A DNA stretch of 64,000 bases, taken from the human T2T-CHM13v2.0 reference genome, Homo sapiens. Positions within the stretch are counted from its first letter, which is position 1, and each line of letters begins with the position of its first letter. Where the stretch lies: assembly GCA_009914755.4 (NCBI GenBank), contig CP086569.2:15488001-15552000 (forward strand), in the 5' to 3' direction. A model generated the notes under the pieces. It did no database searches, was not told the DNA's origin, and saw only the letters and a list, made by a program, of their open reading frames with translations. Made by a program: the position numbers and the translations under genes. Below, piece after piece: positions 57,695 through 64,000 of the stretch.

Positions 57695-59964
57695 AAGGCA
57701 GAGCCACGCGCGGGCCCAGCCCTGCAAATCTCTAGAAGGTGACGATATTCTTTAAAACACTTCGAAATCATTGGAAGAAAATTACAACTGGGCTCTGCCT
57801 CCTGGCCTGGGGATGTAATTAGCTGTATAGAAAACACTGTGATAACCTACTAAGGAGAGTAGCCTATCAAGAAGCTCAGGTGTTTGGCAATCAACTCATT
57901 TCTCCAAATGCACAAGTGAAGAAGGCAACTGTTTTTCTCAATCCTGCAGCTTGCAAAGGCAAAGCCAGAACTTGATTTGAAAAAAATGCTGCCCTGATTT
58001 TACATATATCCAGGATGGATATGTCTATTATTAGGGCAGGTTATGAGGGATAAGTCAAGGAACTCCTGGAACTGATGTTAAACACAGTTGTGATCATTGT
58101 TGTAAGAGGAGATGGGACACTGAAGGAGGATGTTACTGGAGTTCTTCAAAGAACAGATGAGGCTACCTTCAGTAAGATTCCCATTGGATTTATCCCACTG
58201 GGACGGACCAGTAGTTTGAGTCATACCCTCTTTGCTGAACGTGGAAACAAAGTCCAACATATAACTGATGCCACATTTGCCATTGTGAAAGGAAAGACAG
58301 TTCCACTTGATGTCTTGCAGATGCAAGGTGAAAAGGAATAGCCTGTGTTTGCAGTGACTGGCCTTCGATGGGGACCCTTCAGAGATGTTGGCATCAAAGT
58401 TAGCAAGTACTGGTATCTTGCGCCTCTAAAAATCAAAGCAGCTCACTTTTTCAGCACTCTCAAAGAGTGGCCTCAGACTCACCAAGCCTATATTTTACAC
58501 ACGGCACCTACAGAGAGATCTCCCAGTGAACCAGAATAGACCCCTGTGCAAAGGCCTTCTTTTTACAGAAGAATATTACAAAGTCTTGCATCCTACTGGG
58601 CACAACCGGAGCATGCCCTTTCCCAAGATGTGAGCCCAGAGATCTGGAAAGATGTGCAGCTGTCCACCATTGAACTATCCATCACAACACAGAAAAATCA
58701 GCTTGACCTGCCAAGCGAAGAAGATTTTATGAACATCTGAATTGAACGAACACCATCAGCAAAGGAGACTTTATAACTACAGGAACTCGAAAGGTTTGAA
58801 ACCGCAAGCTGCACATCGAAGGCACAGTGTCTCCAAGCCAGCCAGTGCACTTTGCTTGTTGCCAATGGAGCTGGGGGCTCTTTTGGCATAGACAGTGAAG
58901 AGTGTGATGTGAAGCCTGTGGAGGTGAAACTGCTCCCCAGGAAGCTGCAGCTTTTCTATGATCCCAGGAAGAGAGAATAGATGCTGGCAAGCCCCACCCA
59001 GAAAGCAGGCAGAAGACAAGTGCTCTGAGACCATACTTTAGGCCACCAGCAGGACCAAAAGGGAACAGATGCCTCAACCATCCCAACAGTGTTGTCAGAG
59101 TGTCCCAAGGGCTTTTTCATGGCAAGTAGCCTCTGGCCTTCTCCAGCAGTGCTTCCCAAAGTATACTCTGTCACCTGTTTTGCAATCAGGTTTTGTTAGG
59201 GCATATTTTATTTTGGTGTGATGGTTGACCCTCCTAAACACGGACTTTCCTCAGACTGGTTCAAGATGGAAAAGGACTTTCTTCTGTTTTCTCCCAAAGT
59301 GCAACCACAGTGCAGAGCCCACAGTGGGCTTAGGCTGCCTGGGCCTTTCCATTCTGGTTCTGTCTTTTGACCATGCTCAGAATTCTGGGGAAAATGCCTT
59401 CCTTCCCTGGTGACCTTTTCCTGTTTCTAGGCTTCTCCACAAGTGCTGCTATTTTGTGAGCTCTGGCTCCTGTTTAGCTTTTATATCAGTTCTATCCTCA
59501 GTCCAGAAATGTATATGAGGTTGTGTCCCCCTTCAGCCATGGCAACAATATTGTAAAATGCTAGTTTTTATTTTTTTAGGTAGTGCTTTCTAAATGGTTT
59601 GCATGAGAGCTACCTGGGGTACATGTTGAAAATTGATTTATTTGGAGTCCACACCAGATCTAATAACTCATTTTGGGGATAAGGCCCAGGAATCTGCATT
59701 TTTTAAAAGTTGGCCACCCTTTCCAGGTGATTCTGTAAGTTGTCCCTCAATGCACTTGGAGAAATAGTGTTTTAAAGCAGTGGTCCACAAAGTATTCTGC
59801 TTGTGTGCCCCCAGAAGTATTTTGAAAAATCATGTATTCCCTTACCCATCTAAGTTGATATCTAAGATTGTTCATGGGACATTAAATAGTTGACATAATT
59901 TGTATTTGCTGCTTTCACGTAAATATTGGTATTTTAAAATAAAAACTGTTATATCAAAAAAAAA
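57695..59964 (+). pseudogene. Processed (retrotransposed, intronless) pseudogene of acylglycerol kinase (AGK / multi-substrate lipid kinase): 5' UTR remnant, full-length CDS homolog (~57739-59003) with ATG->GTG and premature stops, ~0.95 kb 3' UTR, AATAAA at 59938-59943 and polyA at 59956-59964
   Basis: A contiguous + strand translation gives (V)TIFFKTLRNHWKK..., then [19 protein letters not shown], then ...[84 protein letters not shown], then ...[43 protein letters not shown], then ...VQRPSFYRRILQSLASYWAQPEHALSQDVSPEIWKDVQLSTIELSITTQKNQLD... This is about 85% identical to AGK across what are several exons in the parent gene, with no intron interruptions. Stops occur after codon 25 (..WGCN*) and elsewhere. 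A Y-linked AGK pseudogene (AGKP1/AGKP2) is consistent with this from memory. Confidence 0.85.
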
Positions 59965-60979
59965 GAAGAAGATATGCAACGACAAAGACAAAAACAAGGA
60001 GAACACCATGTGAGGATGGAAGTAAAGATTGAAGTGATTCATCCCTAAACTAGGGAGCACTGTTGAAAACTATGAGGAACTAAGAACAGAAGCATGAAGC
60101 ATGAAGCACAATCCAAGACAGAAGCATGAAATGGATTTTCCTTCAGAGCCTCTGAAAGGAAGCATCTTAATTTTGGACTCTGCTCCAGAACAGTGAGAGA
60201 CTATAAGTTTTTGTTGTTTCAAGTCAGCAAGTTTGTGGTAATTAGTTACAAAGTCCCAGAAATGAATGCAGTCTGGATTAGGTATATTCTGTATATATAA
60301 GCTGCCTAAGAATGCCAGAAGCCAGAAGAGGTGGTGTCTGCATTTCTGGTTCCTAAAATCCTCTCTCAGTACCCACTGTTCTGTCCGTGGCAAAGCTCTC
60401 CTGACACATTTTTAGCCTTTAGGCTATGTCCTATTTCCCCTGTCCACTAGGGAAGTAGTTCTTGAATTCCCGCCTCCCAAGGCTGGCATTTTACCAAGTG
60501 AAAGACACTGCCTTTGTGCAACTCCCTCCCCTTTGAGTGTAGGGAGGAAATAGGATTTCCTTCTGTCTCATGGAATATGATAGAGGTAATGGAACACCAC
60601 TTCCATGATTACGTTATATAAGCATATAAATGTGTCTTCCTAGCATACCCTTTCTGTTGCATTCTTGGTTTCCATGCTTTGATGAAATGAGCAACCATGT
60701 TGAACAGGTGCAAATGTCAAGAAGCTGACAGCTGCCTCTGAACAACAGCCTGCAAGGAACAGAGGCATTCAGTCCAGCAGTCCACAGGACATTGAACTCT
60801 GCAAACAAGCGTGTATGTTTGGAAGTGAATCTTCCTATGTCAGCTTTAAAATGAGACCCCAGCTCAGGCCAACACCTTCATCAGTAAGAGACTTCAAAGC
60901 AGTGGGTCCAGCTGAGCTAGTGCCTAGATTCCCAATAAGCAAAAACTGTGATAAAGTAAATACATTAATTTGAAGCTGT

Positions 60980-61837
60980 TTAAGCCTACTGGCCCCACCC
61001 AGTCTCTTCCCAACCCTGGAGAGTACATTTCAATCTAGGTGTCTCTTTCCACTGGATATAGACATTGGTTGGCATGCAGCTAAAATCAGGCCAATATGCA
61101 TAGTTGCATATTAATTAAATTTGTGGTTATTTGTTAGAAAGTAGTCAATAACTGTGGCATAATAAGCAAAAAGTGGATTTCAGCTGAGTACAGTAGCTTG
61201 CACCTGTAATCTCAGCTACTTGGGAGGCTCAGGTGGGAGAATTGCTTGAGGCCAGGAGGTTGAGGCTGCAGTGAGCTATGGTAGCGCCAATGCAATCATA
61301 GTTCACTGAAGCTATGAGCCTGGGAGACAAAGCAAGACCTTCTATTTAAAAAAATACATGGATTTCAAAAGTTGGACAGATTGTAACCCAAATTCTACAT
61401 AGATACCATGTCTCCAATGGAGGGATATATATTTTTAGGTTTTGCAATCTTAGGAATAGTTGGCAAGTGAAAGAAATTCTGGTTAAATTGACTTAAGGGA
61501 AAAGAAGAGATTTTCAGCCTCCCTTTACTAGCAGTACATTTAATTTAGAAAATAGTGTCCTCAGGTTTAATCATTGCCGTTAGGAACCTGGCACTTTGGT
61601 GCCATGTTTCTTCTTTTGGCTTTCTCAGAGACGCTGTCTTTGTGTGGTGGTAGGCAGTCAACAGCATTTCCTTGTATGCCATTGTTTCCTCAGAAAGCAA
61701 ATTGGCCCAGTAACTGTGCATATTGGCCTAATTTTAGTTGCATGCCAACCAATGTCTATATCCAATGGAAAGAGACACTTAGATTGAAATGGCCTCTCCA
61801 GGGTTGGGAAGAGACCGGGTGGGTCCAGTAGGCTTAA
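60980..61837. mobile_element. TIR-bounded element: ~124-bp terminal inverted repeats (60984-61107 and 61710-61833, ~92% identical) flanked by TTAA on both sides; candidate non-autonomous piggyBac-like DNA transposon (MER75/MER85/LOOPER-type guess) with a nested Alu fragment
   Basis: The left arm gcctactggccccacccagtctcttcccaaccctggagagtacatttcaatctaggtgtctctttccactggatatagacattggttggcatgcagctaaaatcaggccaatatgcatagttgc matches the reverse complement of the right arm ...gcctactggacccacccggtctcttcccaaccctggagaggccatttcaatctaagtgtctctttccattggatatagacattggttggcatgcaactaaaattaggccaatatgcacagtta. ttaa lies at 60980-60983 and 61834-61837. Confidence 0.55.
61186..61357 (+). repeat. Alu right-monomer fragment nested in the TIR element
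   Basis: gtacagtagcttgcacctgtaatctcagctacttgggaggctcaggtgggagaattgcttgaggccaggaggttgaggctgcagtgagctatgg...gcctgggagacaaagcaagaccttctatttaaaaaaa. Confidence 0.8.
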
Positions 61838-63805
61838 GCTGGATGCAAGTAAGATTGCTCCCCAGAGGAAAATTGAATGCTAGGTAAGCAAAACTCATTG
61901 ATGTCCATTGTCATTGCTCAAACTGCAAATAGTCCCAAGGAAGAAAGAATGGCATGGGTGCTTCATGGACGAGACTAACTTGGGGGAAAAATCTTACCTA
62001 GGATGTTTCTTTTTTTTTAGCTGAAAAGAAGCACTTGGACATTCAGAAATGAGAAAACTTGTTTATTAGCTGCTGTTGTTGGTTTGTAAACAGCTGTAGC
62101 TTTTAGTGACATATAGAAATAACATGACAGGAACAGATGAGGATATTTCTATTATGATGTTATACAGGCAGTTCTATGTTGGGAGTCATCCTCCTGGGGC
62201 AATCCTGGATCTGGAAGCTGTCAGCTGGTGGCAAATTAGAGATAGCTTGAGATTTAATGCCAGATGGGAAACATGACCTCAAATGAATTAGGGTCTTTAG
62301 TCCTGGGTGTAATATGCTGTGCCTGACATCTCTTTTAAGAGTTCTAACTGAAAGTTTAGGTTTACTGTAGAATAAGCCAATTTGGGGAGCTCATCTTGTG
62401 AACATGAAAATGAATTTGGACAAATTTCAACCTAAGCCTTTAGCACAGTTAAAGTTTGGAAAGAGTTTCATTGTAGAGCGTTAGGCAATTGGCTGACAAA
62501 AGAGCATCCAGTTTTTTCTCAAGGAATTCTGCAAAAAGCAAAGGAGGTCCTACTCAGCCATCCTCCTTTTTCAGCTTAGTGGACTTGTTTGTGAGATTGT
62601 GCTGTGAATGGGTTCTCAGGCTGGTGATAAAACCTCATCTTCAATTCTTGTGCAGCTTTGTATAAGTCCAAAGAGGCACCACTATATCCTTACTACATGA
62701 AGTGTCATTGGGTTGTTTGTTAATGTTTGTTTCCATATGGGCCCCAGGCATTAGCAAACATGTAGTTTATTCATTTATTTATTCACTCAGTGAATATTTA
62801 TTGAACCTAATCTAATTTTCAGGCCATTTTGCTAAATGACATCCTATCACTTTTATTGAAAGCCATAGAGGGGAAATTGCACAACTAACTGGAACCATTT
62901 AGTATAATCATTGCAATTATGCAGCAAGCTGGGGAGGTATGAGAACATCTGGGAGGAGTATGTATCCGAGACTGAGAGAGTGAAAATGCAGTAAGGAGAA
63001 ATTTGACGAATGAGTCACTGACCAAATTGCTGGGAGGAAGGTCATTTCAGGCAAAGAGAAGAGTGTGTTCAAAGCTGAAGTCTAGAGCCTGACATTAATA
63101 TCGATTCTCTTAGCTAAGTTGTTTATGAAACTGAAGTTTGTGAATTTGAAGCCTGAAATGTCTGAAGTGTAGTCAATGTATGGTCAGTTAATCTCAGAGC
63201 ACATCCTTCAGTCATCAGTGGAACTAGAGATAATATATTGACATATGTGCTCTAATGAAAGCTGAGAAGCTCAACCGGGACAAGTGTTTATCTAAAAGGG
63301 GGTCTGACCTCCTTTTAGAAATGGGAAGCAAGTGTGGACAGCATAACCCATAGACCAAATCATTCACACTTTCTGTCGGTTTTTACCAAAGGGTTTAATG
63401 GAACACAAATACACCCATTTATTTACGTAGTGTCTGTGACTGTTTTCACACTACAAAGGCAAAGTTGAGTTGTTGCAAGAGACCATGTGGCCTGCAAAGT
63501 CTACAATACATACAATCTTACCCTTTATTTTAAAAAGTGTTCTGACACCTGATGTAAAGGACTGGCTTCATGAAGTCAAGTGGAGATCTTCTAAGTTACC
63601 ATATAGACATGAAAGGAAGAGTACAGAAGTTCCATGATGTACAGCAGTGGTTTACAAATTGGCTATGAATGTTTTCCAAATGCAGATTCCTGGGCTCTAT
63701 CCAGGCTTCCAGTGAATCACAAAATCTGAGGATAGGGCCCAACAATTTGCATTGTAGTGGCCTTGTAGGTGATATTGATGGCAAAAATTTGAAAATTGGA
63801 CCTGA

Positions 63806-64000
63806 ATTTTTTTTTTTTTTTTTTTTTTTTTTTGTGACGGAGTCTCACTCTGTTGTCCAGGCTGGAGGACAGTGGCGCAAATTTGGCTCAGTGCAAGCTC
63901 TGCCTCCCATGTTCACACCATTCTCCTGCTTCAGCATCCTGAGTAGCTGGGAACTACAGGCACCCACCACCCCCGGCTAATTTTTTATATTTTTTTAGTA
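63806..64000 (-). repeat. Alu (antisense), truncated by window end
   Basis: A t25 run is followed by gtgacggagtctcactctgttgtccaggctggaggacagtggcgcaaatttggctcagtgcaagctctgcctcccatgttcacaccattctcctgcttcagcatcctgagtagctgggaactacaggcacccaccacccccggctaattttt. Confidence 0.9.

Noticed and set aside
58727-59086. 119-aa and 85-aa minus-strand ORFs inside the AGK retrocopy
   Set aside because: They are antisense to a clearly identifiable AGK-derived sequence. They have no homology and arise by chance in a pseudogene.
61574-61831. 85-aa and 63-aa + ORFs inside the TIR element
   Set aside because: They are short, have no recognisable domain, and overlap the inverted-repeat arm. An ~850-bp non-autonomous element is not expected to encode a transposase.

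Overview
This window is human/primate nuclear DNA, not prokaryotic, so no operons, CRISPR arrays or defence islands are expected, and none were found. The best reading is the 5' part of the Y-linked neuroligin-4 locus. The first coding exon of NLGN4Y lies at 40653-41235 on the + strand: signal peptide plus N-terminal esterase-like domain, canonical acceptor and donor, phase-1 end. Everything else appears to be intronic or upstream repeat-rich sequence. Well over half of the window is made of interspersed repeats. Major elements are listed here. (1) A ~10.1 kb HERV9-type (ERV class I) provirus on the minus strand at 7329-17408. It has LTR12-type LTRs with tandem GATTGG (CCAAT-box) repeats, a decayed PBS, frameshifted gag, a protease remnant and an open 327-aa integrase ORF. 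RT and most of RNaseH are deleted. env is near-complete but interrupted. (2) A solo LTR12 at 44740-46490 in the same (minus) orientation, CpG-rich, with a nested Alu flanked by a 17-bp TSD. (3) Two tail-to-head L1PA-type LINEs on the minus strand at 25843-37177. One is near full length and the other has an ORF1/ORF2-5' deletion. (4) A processed pseudogene of acylglycerol kinase (AGK) at ~57695-59964 on +. It is intronless, has ATG->GTG and internal stops, and carries AATAAA plus a polyA tail. (5) An ~0.86 kb element bounded by ~124-bp inverted repeats and flanked by TTAA, with a nested Alu, consistent with a non-autonomous piggyBac-like DNA transposon. (6) About 20 Alu copies, a THE1/MaLR LTR, several L1 3'-end fragments, (TA)n/(GT)n/(TTTA)n microsatellites, and an AT-rich degenerate tandem-repeat block next to the proviral 5' LTR. 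Most six-frame ORFs in the track are repeat-derived (L1 ORF2, HERV genes) or spurious GC-rich LTR ORFs.
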